64,000 nucleotides of DNA, taken from an uncultured Candidatus Saccharibacteria bacterium (GTDB lineage: Bacteria > Patescibacteriota > Minisyncoccia > SW-4-49-11). Below, piece by piece: positions 1-10,081 of this stretch. Location: the NCBI GenBank assembly GCA_964633865.1, contig CAZWIJ010000006.1, positions 25,858 to 89,857 of the forward strand, in the 5' to 3' direction. Position 1 is the stretch's first letter. The number at the start of each line of letters is the position of its first letter. The notes beneath the pieces were generated by a model. The model worked only from the letters and a program-made list of their open reading frames with translations, ran no database searches and had not been told where the DNA came from. Made by a program: the position numbers and the translations under genes.

Positions 1-78
1 TTGAGTCAGATTATAGATTTATTAAAAAGAGAATCTATAAGAGAGCTCCTAGATTCTTTTGATGGTCATAATATATAA
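1..78 (+). CDS. Possible 3' end of a gene entering from upstream (...LSQIIDLLKRESIRELLDSFDGHNI*)
   Basis: Open frame from base 1 to TAA at 76-78; product unknown. Confidence 0.4.
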   Translation: MSQIIDLLKRESIRELLDSFDGHNI

Positions 79-238
79 ATATCTTTATATAAATTAATTA
101 TAAATCTGGATGATATAATCTGGATTTTTTTATTTTTATTGGAATGGAGTTTTAAATTTTGTATTGTCTAAATTTAGATAAATATGATATACTAAAAGAG
201 TAGAAATATATAAATTACTGAATAAAAATACATTAAAT

Positions 239-1621
239 ATGATAAAAATACATTTTTGTGGAGGAGCTGAATTTGTTACAGGTGCTAATTATCTTGTAGA
301 TACAGGTACAATCAAATTTATAGTTGAATGTGGTATGATTCAAGGTAGTAGCGAAGCAGATGATTTGAATTATGAGTCTTTTCCATATGATCCATCCGAA
401 GTTTCTTTTATGATAGCAACTCATACTCATATTGATCATATCGGACGAATCCCTAAATTAGTAAAGGATGGATTTAATGGTGAAATTTATTCTACTCATC
501 CTACCAAAGATTTTGCTAATATTTCTATGCAAGATACTGTTTCTATTATGGAGCATGATTATGACAAAAAGCCACTTTATTCTAGAGAAGATGTTTCAAA
601 AGCAATATCTAAATGGAGAGGCAGAGAATATGGAGAAATATATGAAATTGGTAAGGAAGTTTCATTTAGATTTAGAGATGCAGGTCATATTTTGGGATCT
701 GCTATTGTAGAGATGTGGGTATTAGATAATGATACAGGTAAAAGAATAAAAATTGTTTTTTCAGGTGACTTAGGAAATCATCCATCAGTTTTATTAAAAA
801 AATATGAATTTATCAAAGAGGCAGATTATGTTTTGATAGAGTCTGCTTATGGGGATAGAACTCATGAGCAAGTTGATATTAGAAAAGATATTGTGAGACA
901 AGCTGTCAAGGATGTAATAGAAAGGAAATCGGTCTTGCTCGTGCCTACATTTTCAATTGAGAGAACTCAAGATATATTGTATGAGCTAAATGATATTATA
1001 GAGAATCATATTGATAAATATAATAAAATAGATAAATCAGAGCAATTTGATGTTTATTTAGATTCTCCTTTAGGTATCAAAGCAACTAAGATCTATAAAA
1101 AATATACTCAATATTATAATGCAGAAGCAAGAAATTTAGCTAAAGTTGATCAAATTTTTGATTTTCCATATCTAAACTTGTGTGAGAGTAGAGAGGATTC
1201 TATGGCTATAAATCATTCTCCAAATCCAAAAATGATTATGGCTGGATCGGGTATGTCTACTGGAGGAAGGATTCTTTATCATGAAAAACAATATTTGTCT
1301 AATCCAAAAAACATAATGCTATTCGTTGGATATCAAGGTCCAAATACTTTGGGGAGGCAGATTTTGGATGGTAAAGAAAAAGTGTATATCAGAGGAGATT
1401 ATGTTGAGAATAAAATAGAGGTCAGAAAAGTTGATGGATATTCTGGTCATGCTGATCAAACGATGCTTTTGGAGTGGATGTCTAGTATAAAGTCAGTTAA
1501 AAAAGTCTTTGTAGTACAGGGAGAATCAGAATCAGCTAATTATCTTGCTCATAAAATAAAAACATACCTTGATATAGAGGCAATAGTTCCTACTAATAAT
1601 CAAGTTATTGAACTAATATAA
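239..1621 (+). CDS. Metallo-beta-lactamase fold, beta-CASP family ribonuclease
   Basis: THTHIDHIG (HxHxDH), DAGHILGSA, VFSGDLG, IESAYG, GSGM and YSGHAD motifs. Confidence 0.92.
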   Translation: MIKIHFCGGAEFVTGANYLVDTGTIKFIVECGMIQGSSEADDLNYESFPYDPSEVSFMIATHTHIDHIGRIPKLVKDGFNGEIYSTHPTKDFANISMQDTVSIMEHDYDKKPLYSREDVSKAISKWRGREYGEIYEIGKEVSFRFRDAGHILGSAIVEMWVLDNDTGKRIKIVFSGDLGNHPSVLLKKYEFIKEADYVLIESAYGDRTHEQVDIRKDIVRQAVKDVIERKSVLLVPTFSIERTQDILYELNDIIENHIDKYNKIDKSEQFDVYLDSPLGIKATKIYKKYTQYYNAEARNLAKVDQIFDFPYLNLCESREDSMAINHSPNPKMIMAGSGMSTGGRILYHEKQYLSNPKNIMLFVGYQGPNTLGRQILDGKEKVYIRGDYVENKIEVRKVDGYSGHADQTMLLEWMSSIKSVKKVFVVQGESESANYLAHKIKTYLDIEAIVPTNNQVIELI

Positions 1622-1626
1622 AATAT

Positions 1627-3426
1627 ATGAAAGATCTTTTTTATCCAAATAGTTTAGCGATAATAGGTGCTTCTGATGATAGACAAAAAGTTAGTACTGT
1701 GATTTTGCATAATATTTTAAAATCTTATTATAAAGGAGATTTATTTCTAGTTAATCCAAACAAAAGAAGAATAGAAGGAATTCCTTGCTTTAATAAAATA
1801 CAAGATTTGCCTACAAGAATAGAAGTTGCTATTATTTGTTTAAGCAAAGATAAAGTTTTGGAATCATTGGAAGAATTAGGGAAAAAAGTTGTAAAATATG
1901 CTATCATAGTTTCGTCAGAATTTAGGGATATAAATGATTTTGATAATAAAGAGATAGATCAAATTAAAGAAATCTCAAAATTATATAATATTAGAGTGAT
2001 TGGTCCAAATTCATTTGGAATTATTAATACAGAATCTAATTCTTATGCTTATAATGGAGCCTATGTGATTGATAATATTATATCGGGTAAGGTCTCTATT
2101 ATCTCACAATCAAGTGGAATAATTTCTTCTTTTTTGAATCAAAGTTTTTACTCTATTAATAAAGCAATTAGTCTTGGAAATACAACAGATATTGAGGTTT
2201 CAGAAGTATTGGAATATTTGATTTTAGATAAGATGACAGAGATTATCTTTATATATATAGAAGATATAAAAGACAATAAAAAGGTAGCTAAACTAATTCA
2301 AAAATCAATTAAACCGATTATAGTTTTGCAAGGATATAATAATGATTCTAATTTTAGAAAAGTTATATTTAGGGAAGCTGGAGCAATTGAAGTAAGTACA
2401 ATTACTGAAGCTAAAAATATCATTAAGTTATTTTCTACAAAAAAAAATATTTCAAAATATGGTCTATCAGTAGTTAGTAATTCTGGAGCAATTACTAAAA
2501 TAATATCTAATAAATTACAAAATGAAAAATATTTTATCAAGACATCCTTACTACAATCCAAAACAAAAGAGCAATTAAAAAGAATTCTTCCTTATAGCGA
2601 TCAGACTCTAAATACAGTGGACTTATCAGATATAGTTAGTATAGATCAATCATATTTAGCTATAGAAACTATTTTATCAGATAAACAAGTTGGAAGTATA
2701 TTATTAGCAATAACTCCAAGTCCAGCAATAGAATTTAAAATTTTACTAAAAGAACTGGTTTTCTTAGTAGAAAAATATTCTCATAAAATTATATTGCCAG
2801 TGTTTTTGGGTAGAGTCGATATGAAATTAATATCCCAATATTTAGTTAAAAATAAGATAGCATATTATCTTGATATGGATTCAGCTTTAAGTTCAATTGA
2901 TTTTTTGTATAGATATAAATATGAAATTAATAATACTAAGTTATGGTCCACACCTACAGTATATATTAAAAAGAGTGTTATTGATGAGATAAAAGAAAAA
3001 ATGATTATTAATAAGGATGAAGAAAATTATTTGACAGCTAAAGTTTTAAATGATATATGTAATGAATTTAATTTAGTTTTGGGATTAAATAAAACAATTA
3101 AAGAAATAGATTTTTATTTGAATTTAAGTATAATTTCAAGAGATAATTTGGGTAAATTCTTGGTAATAAATAACCTAGCATTCAATTTAGAAAATAATAT
3201 TCTAGCAACTATACCTATTAATAAACCAAATATTCAAAAAATATTGAGAAATATACCAAATTATGATATAATTAAGGATAATTATGATATTCAATCCTTG
3301 ATTCATATTATATTTCAATTAAGTTTATTAGCTAACTCTATAAAAGAGATTGATGTGATTACAACTAGAATTATTTTAGAGAAAAAGAATGCTTACATAA
3401 ATTTTATAAAAATTTTAGTTAAATGA
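1627..3426 (+). CDS. Degenerate ADP-forming acetate/acyl-CoA ligase (ACD alpha-like, CoA-binding domain)
   Basis: N-terminal LFYPNSLAIIGAS, RVIGPNSFG, ISQSSG, SLGN and VSNSG motifs; the SHTG phospho-His loop is absent. Confidence 0.75.
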   Translation: MKDLFYPNSLAIIGASDDRQKVSTVILHNILKSYYKGDLFLVNPNKRRIEGIPCFNKIQDLPTRIEVAIICLSKDKVLESLEELGKKVVKYAIIVSSEFRDINDFDNKEIDQIKEISKLYNIRVIGPNSFGIINTESNSYAYNGAYVIDNIISGKVSIISQSSGIISSFLNQSFYSINKAISLGNTTDIEVSEVLEYLILDKMTEIIFIYIEDIKDNKKVAKLIQKSIKPIIVLQGYNNDSNFRKVIFREAGAIEVSTITEAKNIIKLFSTKKNISKYGLSVVSNSGAITKIISNKLQNEKYFIKTSLLQSKTKEQLKRILPYSDQTLNTVDLSDIVSIDQSYLAIETILSDKQVGSILLAITPSPAIEFKILLKELVFLVEKYSHKIILPVFLGRVDMKLISQYLVKNKIAYYLDMDSALSSIDFLYRYKYEINNTKLWSTPTVYIKKSVIDEIKEKMIINKDEENYLTAKVLNDICNEFNLVLGLNKTIKEIDFYLNLSIISRDNLGKFLVINNLAFNLENNILATIPINKPNIQKILRNIPNYDIIKDNYDIQSLIHIIFQLSLLANSIKEIDVITTRIILEKKNAYINFIKILVK

Positions 3427-3788
3427 TAAAGTTGATTTTACAATTTATAATAGCTTTCATTTCGGTATATATTACAGCTTTAATATTACCAAATTTTGAT
3501 TTGAATTTAGCTATAGAATTTGGTAAATTAGAATTTTGGATTGTAGCCCTTAGTATTGGTGGAGGATTATTTTTAATAACAAAAATTATAAGACCAATAA
3601 TGAAAGTTTTGTTATTTCCTCTTATACTATTGAGTTTTGGTATATTTTCTATTATAATAAATATTGTTTTATTAAAATTATATGATATAGTATTTGATGA
3701 AGTAGTTATTCAAGGTATATGGCCTCTTTTATTAGGATCCATATTAATTGGGATAATAAATTCTTTATTCGAATTCTTAATAGACTAA
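3423..3788 (+). CDS. YvlD-like 4-TM membrane protein (phage holin family 4_2)
   Basis: Four hydrophobic segments; IIRPIMKVLLFPLILLSFGIFSIIIN motif. Confidence 0.8.
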   Translation: MIKLILQFIIAFISVYITALILPNFDLNLAIEFGKLEFWIVALSIGGGLFLITKIIRPIMKVLLFPLILLSFGIFSIIINIVLLKLYDIVFDEVVIQGIWPLLLGSILIGIINSLFEFLID

Positions 3789-3792
3789 ATTT

Positions 3793-4008
3793 ATGCAAAA
3801 TTATATATTAATTGCACTGATAGTGATTTCAATTTTATTAATAGTTTCAATTTTATTCCAGCAAATGGGTAGTAGTGCTGGTATTACTTTTGGTGGAGCT
3901 GGTGGAGGATATCATGTAAAAAGAGGTTTGGAAGGAGTTATATTTAGAATTTCAATCGGATTATCTGTTTTACTTGCAATCTTAAGTATAGTTTATATAG
4001 TCTTATAA
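3793..4008 (+). CDS. secG: Preprotein translocase subunit SecG
   Basis: Two TM helices; LFQQMGSSAGITFGG...KRGLE pattern. Confidence 0.9.
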   Translation: MQNYILIALIVISILLIVSILFQQMGSSAGITFGGAGGGYHVKRGLEGVIFRISIGLSVLLAILSIVYIVL

Positions 4009-4048
4009 ATGTATTTTTCAGGTTTAAATTATTATTTAAGGTATTTTT

Positions 4049-5971
4049 ATGAATAAGAAATCTAATAAAAGTATAGATTTAAGGAATTTAGTTCAACCTA
4101 AAAATTTGAGCTCAAATGTAAATATAAAAAAGAAACCTGTAAAACACTCTAAATCAATAGATTTAAGAAATGTTAAAGTAAATAGAGTGTCTCAAAAATC
4201 AGATAAAGTGTCTTCTAATATTATCGAGCCAATAAAAAATATTGTCAGTAATATTCCAGAAAATATACAGCAAAATCAAAAGAGATTGCAGAATTTATTG
4301 CCTATAAAGAAAATTAACTTAAATGTTAAAACTGTTAGGGTTAAAAAATTAATTAAAACATTGATAATTATTGGGTTATCTATTGTTTTTGGAGCAATAC
4401 TTTTAATCTTAATAAATTATTTTTATGCTAATAAGTCTAAAAATATAGATACTCTAATAGAGGGTGTGATTGGTCAGCCTCAATATATTAATCCTATATT
4501 ATCTTTTTCTAATGATATCAATAGTATTGATAAGAATATAGAAACTTTAGTTTATCCAAAATTATTTTCAATTGATAAAGATGGGAATTTAGAAAAAGAT
4601 ATAGTATCAGACTATTCTGTACTAGATAATGGAAAGATTTATAATATAAAGTTAAAAACGGATATCCTTTGGGATGATGGACAGGTTTTAAATGCAGATG
4701 ATATTATTTATACTGTAAATACAATAAAGAATCCTGAATATAAAAGTTCACTTGAATTGTTATTGAGTGGAGTTGTAGTTGAAAAAGTTAATGATTTTGA
4801 GTTAAATTTTAAATTAGAAAATAGCTATTCTCCATTTGTATATAATTTAGCATTTGGAATTTTACCTGAACATGTTTGGGGTAAATATAATCCTCAAGAA
4901 TTTATTTTGGCTCCTGAAAATATTAAAGTGGTTGGAGCTAGTAAATATAAATATTTTGATCATCAAGTAAATAAAGATAAAGATATAGTTTCTTATTCTT
5001 TAGTGGCTAATGAATCTTATAAAGGAAAAATTCCAAATATTAAAAAAATATCATTTGTATTTTATGGAGATGAAGAGCAGAAGATTAGTGATTTTAATGA
5101 AGGAAAAATCAATGCCTTTTCTGATGGCTCAACTGATCCTATACTTAATTTAGAAAATAACTCAGATATTAAAGTTTCAGAGTTAAAATTACCTCAGTAC
5201 TATGGTATATTCTTTAATTTAAAAGAGAAGTTGTTTGAAAGTCCTGAGATTAGAAAAGCAATAAATTTGTCAATTAATAGAGATATATTAGTAAAGAATA
5301 TCTTGAACAATAAGGCTGCAAAAATTGTTAATCCATTAACTCCATTTAATAAATTTTCCATAGAACAAGTTGATCCTTATAATTTGGATGAAGCAAAAAA
5401 AATACTTGATGACTCAAATTGGAAAGATATAGACGGAGATGGAATTAGAGAAAAAGATAATGTTAGAGCTGAATTTAAAATAATCATTGCTAATGGGAAT
5501 AAAATGGATCAAATAGCTTTGGAATTACAAAACCAGTTAAAAGAAGTTGGTATATCTATGCAATATGAAATATTTTCTTTTAATGAAATTTCAACCAATT
5601 ATATTAAAGATAGAAAATATCAAGCTATATTAATTGGGCATACTTTAAATATTTATCCTGATCCATATTTATACTGGCATTCATCACAATCACTTTTCCC
5701 AGGTGTTAATTTATCACAATATTCTAGTATTAATACCGATGGACATTTAGAATCAGCTCGTACTAATACAGATGAAAATGTTGTTAGATCAAGTATGATA
5801 CAATTTCAACAACAATTAATGGAAGATAATCCAGCAGTATTTTTATATGCTCCTTATTTTACATACTATACTAGATTACCAATAGATAATGTTGATATAA
5901 ATATAGGAAATACAACTTCAGATAGATTTAATAGTATATCTGACTGGAAAATTAATAATGCAAAAGAGTAA
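4049..5971 (+). CDS. Peptide/nickel ABC transporter substrate-binding protein (family 5), with long basic N-terminal tail and TM anchor
   Basis: EGVIGQPQYINP, WDDGQVLNADDIIYT, IRKAINLSINR, WKDIDGDGIREK, YWHSSQ; no permease genes adjacent. Confidence 0.85.
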   Translation: MNKKSNKSIDLRNLVQPKNLSSNVNIKKKPVKHSKSIDLRNVKVNRVSQKSDKVSSNIIEPIKNIVSNIPENIQQNQKRLQNLLPIKKINLNVKTVRVKKLIKTLIIIGLSIVFGAILLILINYFYANKSKNIDTLIEGVIGQPQYINPILSFSNDINSIDKNIETLVYPKLFSIDKDGNLEKDIVSDYSVLDNGKIYNIKLKTDILWDDGQVLNADDIIYTVNTIKNPEYKSSLELLLSGVVVEKVNDFELNFKLENSYSPFVYNLAFGILPEHVWGKYNPQEFILAPENIKVVGASKYKYFDHQVNKDKDIVSYSLVANESYKGKIPNIKKISFVFYGDEEQKISDFNEGKINAFSDGSTDPILNLENNSDIKVSELKLPQYYGIFFNLKEKLFESPEIRKAINLSINRDILVKNILNNKAAKIVNPLTPFNKFSIEQVDPYNLDEAKKILDDSNWKDIDGDGIREKDNVRAEFKIIIANGNKMDQIALELQNQLKEVGISMQYEIFSFNEISTNYIKDRKYQAILIGHTLNIYPDPYLYWHSSQSLFPGVNLSQYSSINTDGHLESARTNTDENVVRSSMIQFQQQLMEDNPAVFLYAPYFTYYTRLPIDNVDINIGNTTSDRFNSISDWKINNAKE

Positions 5972-6681
5972 TGTCAATCTCTCGATTTTTAAAAACTGGA
6001 GAAGGGAAGAATATTTTATCTAAAGAGGAGATTCATCATATTCAAAAAGTTTTGAGATTAAAATCCGCAGATAAAATAAAAATATTTGACGGTAAAGGTG
6101 AAGAAATCCTTGTAGAGATAATTAATTTTAAGCCATATTTTGATTATAATATTCTTAATACAAGTTCCCAAGAAAATAAATTACCTAGAATAAAATTAAC
6201 TTTAGCTAGTATTAAACCTAAAAATTTAGAATTAATCTTAGAGAAAGTAACAGAATTAGGTGTAGACAAGATTATCATTACTAAGACCAAATATTCTCAA
6301 ATTAGTCTTAATATATTGGAAGAAAAGAAATTAAGATTCCAAAAAATTTTGATAGAAGCTTGCAAACAATCAGGTAATAATTATATTCCAGAATTAGAAT
6401 TTATAGATATGATGAATATCCCAAATCATCTTTCAGATATAAATTATATAGCGACCACACAATATACTAATAATCCAATTTTACTTAAGTCTCCAGAGGG
6501 TAATCTAAAAGAAAAATCATATAATTTATTGATAGGTCCAGAAGGTGGTTTTGAACAGAAAGAATATCAAGATTTGATAAAATATTTTATTCCAGTAACA
6601 TTCTCTAACAATATTCTAAGAGTAGAAACAGCTAGCATCTTAGGAATAGGAATATTAAGTCAAGCAAAGATTCATATATAA
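5971..6681 (+). CDS. rsmE: 16S rRNA m3U1498 methyltransferase
   Basis: HHIQKVLRL, EKVTELGV, EACKQS, IGPEGGF, ILRVETA. Confidence 0.95.
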   Translation: MSISRFLKTGEGKNILSKEEIHHIQKVLRLKSADKIKIFDGKGEEILVEIINFKPYFDYNILNTSSQENKLPRIKLTLASIKPKNLELILEKVTELGVDKIIITKTKYSQISLNILEEKKLRFQKILIEACKQSGNNYIPELEFIDMMNIPNHLSDINYIATTQYTNNPILLKSPEGNLKEKSYNLLIGPEGGFEQKEYQDLIKYFIPVTFSNNILRVETASILGIGILSQAKIHI

Positions 6682-6795
6682 ATTTGGTCTTTAATGCACT
6701 ATCTTGGGTTTGATAATATAAGATTTTTTACTTAGAAATTACTAATGACATTAAATCAAATTTGTAGTATAATATATATTGATAAAAGTATAATA

Positions 6796-6831
6796 AATAT
6801 ATACATGAATAATAATATATACATGAATAAT
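6796..6831 (+). repeat. 18-bp tandem duplication (aatatatacatgaataat x2) that duplicates the start codon
   Basis: Seen directly; ATGs at 6805 and 6823. Confidence 0.8.
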
Positions 6832-8358
6832 AAAAAGAGAGGATTTACATTATTAGAGATACTATTAGTAATAGCAGCAATAGGAATAATAGCAAGTATA
6901 GTAATAGTATCAATAAATCCATTAAGACAAATAGGAAAAGCAAGAAATGCATCAAGATATGCAAATATAAATACAATACAGAAAGCATTAGATCAATATA
7001 ATATAAATAATGGAAGATATCCATCAGGAATTACTGGATCATATCAAGAGATATGTGTAGATGGAAATACCACGAATTGTATAGATTTAGAATCAGATTT
7101 GGTCCCAACATATATAGCAGAAATACCAAAAGATCCAGAAGGAGGAGGCTATAAAGTAGCAATAAGTAGAGAAAATAATAAAGTAAGTTTATTAGCAGAT
7201 AAAGCAGATTTAGAACAAGATATATCAATTAACTTAATTTTGTATGCTGTTGGGGAAGTAGATGAAGAGTTTAATTCTAATGGAGGATTTAACTTATCTG
7301 TAGTAGCTATAGAGATACAGGAAGATAATAAAATGTTAGCGGTAGGAGACTTTACAGAATATCAAGGAGTAGGTGCAAATAGGATTATTAGGTTAAATAG
7401 TGACGGTAGTCGAGATGATTCTTTTGATATAGGAGTAGGATTTAATAATATTGTAAGATCAATAAAAATTCAAACTGATGGTAAATATATTGTAGCAGGG
7501 GACTTTACAGAATATCAAGGAGTAAGTGCAAACAGGATCATTAGACTTAATAGTGACGGTAGTCGAGATAACTCCTTTGATATAGGAGTAGGATTTGATA
7601 TTGATATAGGGGTTTCTTATAATAGTTATGTTGCTAAAATTCATATTCAAGATGATGGAAAAATTATTGTGGGGGGAGATTTTACAATATACCAAGGAGT
7701 AAGTGCAAATAGGATCATTAGGCTTAACAGTGATGGGAGTAGAGATAATACTTTTGATATAGGAGTAGGATTTGATAATTGGGTCAGAACAATAGAATCT
7801 CAGAGTGATGGTAAAGTATTGATTGGTGGTTGGTTTTCAGAATATCAAGGAGTAAGTGCAAATAGGATCGTTAGGCTTAACAGTGATGGAAGTCGAGATA
7901 ATACTTTTGATATAGGAGTAGGATTCAATGGTAATTCACTTAGATTTATAAAAATTCAAGCTGATGGTAAATATATTATAGCTGGTGACTTTAGTCAATA
8001 TCAAGGAATAAATGCAAATAGGATGATTAGACTAAATAGTGATGGAAGTCGAGATAATAGCTTTGATGTGGGCCAAGGATTTCCTAATACAGTTAATAAT
8101 GTTATTAGATATGGAAATATTCAAGGTGATGGGAAAATAATTGTTGTAGGAGACTTTACAGAATATCAAGGAGTAAGTACAAATGGAATAGTCAGATTAA
8201 ATAGTGATGGGAGTAGAGATAATAGTTTCGATATAGGTAATGGATTCAATGATAATGTATTAGATTTGAAAGTTAAAAATGATAATAAATTAGTTCTTTC
8301 TGGATCTTTTACAGAGTATAATGGTGTGGTATCAAATAGGATAGTAATATTAAAATAA
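6805..8358 (+). CDS. Type IV pilin-like N-terminal domain fused to delta-60-type beta-propeller repeats (putative pilus adhesin)
   Basis: KRG|FTLLEILLV prepilin site; about 6 repeats of Q.DGK...GDFT.YQGVSANRIIRLNSDGSRDNSFDIG.GF; start likely 6805 or 6823. Confidence 0.85.
   Translation: MNNNIYMNNKKRGFTLLEILLVIAAIGIIASIVIVSINPLRQIGKARNASRYANINTIQKALDQYNINNGRYPSGITGSYQEICVDGNTTNCIDLESDLVPTYIAEIPKDPEGGGYKVAISRENNKVSLLADKADLEQDISINLILYAVGEVDEEFNSNGGFNLSVVAIEIQEDNKMLAVGDFTEYQGVGANRIIRLNSDGSRDDSFDIGVGFNNIVRSIKIQTDGKYIVAGDFTEYQGVSANRIIRLNSDGSRDNSFDIGVGFDIDIGVSYNSYVAKIHIQDDGKIIVGGDFTIYQGVSANRIIRLNSDGSRDNTFDIGVGFDNWVRTIESQSDGKVLIGGWFSEYQGVSANRIVRLNSDGSRDNTFDIGVGFNGNSLRFIKIQADGKYIIAGDFSQYQGINANRMIRLNSDGSRDNSFDVGQGFPNTVNNVIRYGNIQGDGKIIVVGDFTEYQGVSTNGIVRLNSDGSRDNSFDIGNGFNDNVLDLKVKNDNKLVLSGSFTEYNGVVSNRIVILK
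7290..8350 (+). repeat. Intragenic ~165-185 bp repeats encoding propeller blades
   Basis: Near-identical recurring gactttacagaatatcaaggagtaagtgcaaataggat...aatagtga(c/t)gg.agt.gagat...tttgatataggagtaggatt. Confidence 0.9.
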
Positions 8359-8362
8359 ACAA

Positions 8363-9631
8363 ATGGAAAAATTTATAATAGAAGGAGAACAATTTGGTAA
8401 ATCTGGAGAAATAGAAGTATATGGAGCTAAAAATTCAGCAATCAAATTATTACCAGCTAGTATACTGATTTGTGGAGAAGTAGTGCTTCAGAATATACCA
8501 GAAATTGAAGATACAATATATTTAATACAGATACTAGAAAGTCTTGGTGCAAAAGTTACAAAACTAAAAAAACATTCTTATAAGATAGATACCACTAGTA
8601 TCAATAATAATAAAATACCCACTCATCTAGCAATCAAAATGAGAGCCTCATTTCTGTTCATAGCTCCATTATTAGTGAGATTCGGAGAAGTGAGATTCCC
8701 GCATCCAGGAGGAGATTCTATAGGTAGAAGACCAATAGATATGACTTTAGAAATATTAACTTTGATGGGAGTAGAAGTTATAGAAAAAGGCGAAGAATAT
8801 ATCTTTAGAATGAAGCACAAACAACTATCAGCAATAGACTATATCTTTAAATGGATATCACACACCAGTACAGAATTACTAATCATATCAGCAGTACTCG
8901 CAAAAGGAAAAACCACAATCTATAATTCAGCAATGGAACCAGAAGTAACAGCCTTATGCGATATGTTAAGACAGGCTGGAGCTAAAATTACTGGAGATGG
9001 TACGACATATATAGAGATAGAAGGAGTAAAAAAATTAAATTCAGTAGAATATACCAATATTCCAGATAGATTAGAAGCAGGAACTTTCGCAGTATTGGGA
9101 GCTCTGACTAAAAGTGAAATAACAATTACAAATTGTAATCCAGATCATTTGAAAATTTTCTGGAAATTTTTACAAATGATGGGAGTGAAATTTAAGATTG
9201 AAAAAAACACAGTACATATTTTACCTACGAAATCAAGTTACAAAGCTATAGATATTAGAACTCACGAATATCCAGGATTCGTAACCGACTTACAAGCTCC
9301 CATAACTTTACTTTTGACACAAGCAAAAGGAACTGGAATAGTGCAAGAAACCATATTTGATGGTAGACTATATTATACGGATATATTAAATAAAATGGGA
9401 GCCAATATTATAATGTGTGATCCGTACAGAGTAGTAGTAAATGGCAAAACTCAATTATATGGACAAAAAATTGAAAGCCCAGATATTAGAGCAGCCATTA
9501 CATTTTTATTAGCTACATTAATAGCTAAAAATAATAGTGAAATTCATAATATCTATCATATAGATAGAGGTTATGAAAAAATTGAGACTAGATTCCAAAA
9601 ATTAGGTTTCAATATATCCAGAGCAAAATAA
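8363..9631 (+). CDS. murA: UDP-N-acetylglucosamine 1-carboxyvinyltransferase
   Basis: GAKNSA, MRAS, PGGDSIGRRP (Asp at the catalytic Cys position), PDRLEAGT, YPGFVTDLQ, DIRA, IDRGY. Confidence 0.95.
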   Translation: MEKFIIEGEQFGKSGEIEVYGAKNSAIKLLPASILICGEVVLQNIPEIEDTIYLIQILESLGAKVTKLKKHSYKIDTTSINNNKIPTHLAIKMRASFLFIAPLLVRFGEVRFPHPGGDSIGRRPIDMTLEILTLMGVEVIEKGEEYIFRMKHKQLSAIDYIFKWISHTSTELLIISAVLAKGKTTIYNSAMEPEVTALCDMLRQAGAKITGDGTTYIEIEGVKKLNSVEYTNIPDRLEAGTFAVLGALTKSEITITNCNPDHLKIFWKFLQMMGVKFKIEKNTVHILPTKSSYKAIDIRTHEYPGFVTDLQAPITLLLTQAKGTGIVQETIFDGRLYYTDILNKMGANIIMCDPYRVVVNGKTQLYGQKIESPDIRAAITFLLATLIAKNNSEIHNIYHIDRGYEKIETRFQKLGFNISRAK

Positions 9632-9655
9632 TAATAATCAATTAAATTTAAAATT

Positions 9656-9895
9656 ATGTTAGAATTATACCAAATCATAGAATGTCCATTTTGTCAGAAA
9701 GTTAGAATGAAGTTAGATGAACTCGGCTTAGATTATATTTGCAGAACAGCTCCAAGAGGAAGTAATCAAAGAGAATTAATGGTGAAATTAGGAGGAAAAG
9801 AGCAAGTACCATTTTTAGTATATCAAGCTAAAAATATTGCTATGTATGAGTCAAGTGATATTATAAAATATTTGGAAGAGAATTATAAAAAATAA
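9656..9895 (+). CDS. Glutaredoxin / GST N-terminal domain protein
   Basis: LELYQ..CPFCQKVR, GGKEQVPFLV, MYESSDII. Confidence 0.88.
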   Translation: MLELYQIIECPFCQKVRMKLDELGLDYICRTAPRGSNQRELMVKLGGKEQVPFLVYQAKNIAMYESSDIIKYLEENYKK

Positions 9896-10081
9896 TTAAT
9901 CTAAAAAATAATATAATGAAGAAGAATAGGTAATCTATTCTTTTTTTGTTTATAAAATTATACTAATATTATTCATCTAAAATTTTTATTATAAAATTAA
10001 ACAAGTATGATATAATAAAGATATTAGATAAAAATCTAATAAAGAATAATAAGAAAGAACATAAGAATAAGTAAATATATT

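Noticed and set aside
3423-3788. Holin-like and baseplate-J-like genes considered as a prophage
   Set aside because: No terminase, capsid, integrase or tail genes; both sit in housekeeping operons
7290-8350. Regular repeats considered as a CRISPR array or DGR template/variable repeats
   Set aside because: The repeats are in-frame protein blades with no unique spacers, no cas genes and no reverse transcriptase, and the differences are not confined to adenines
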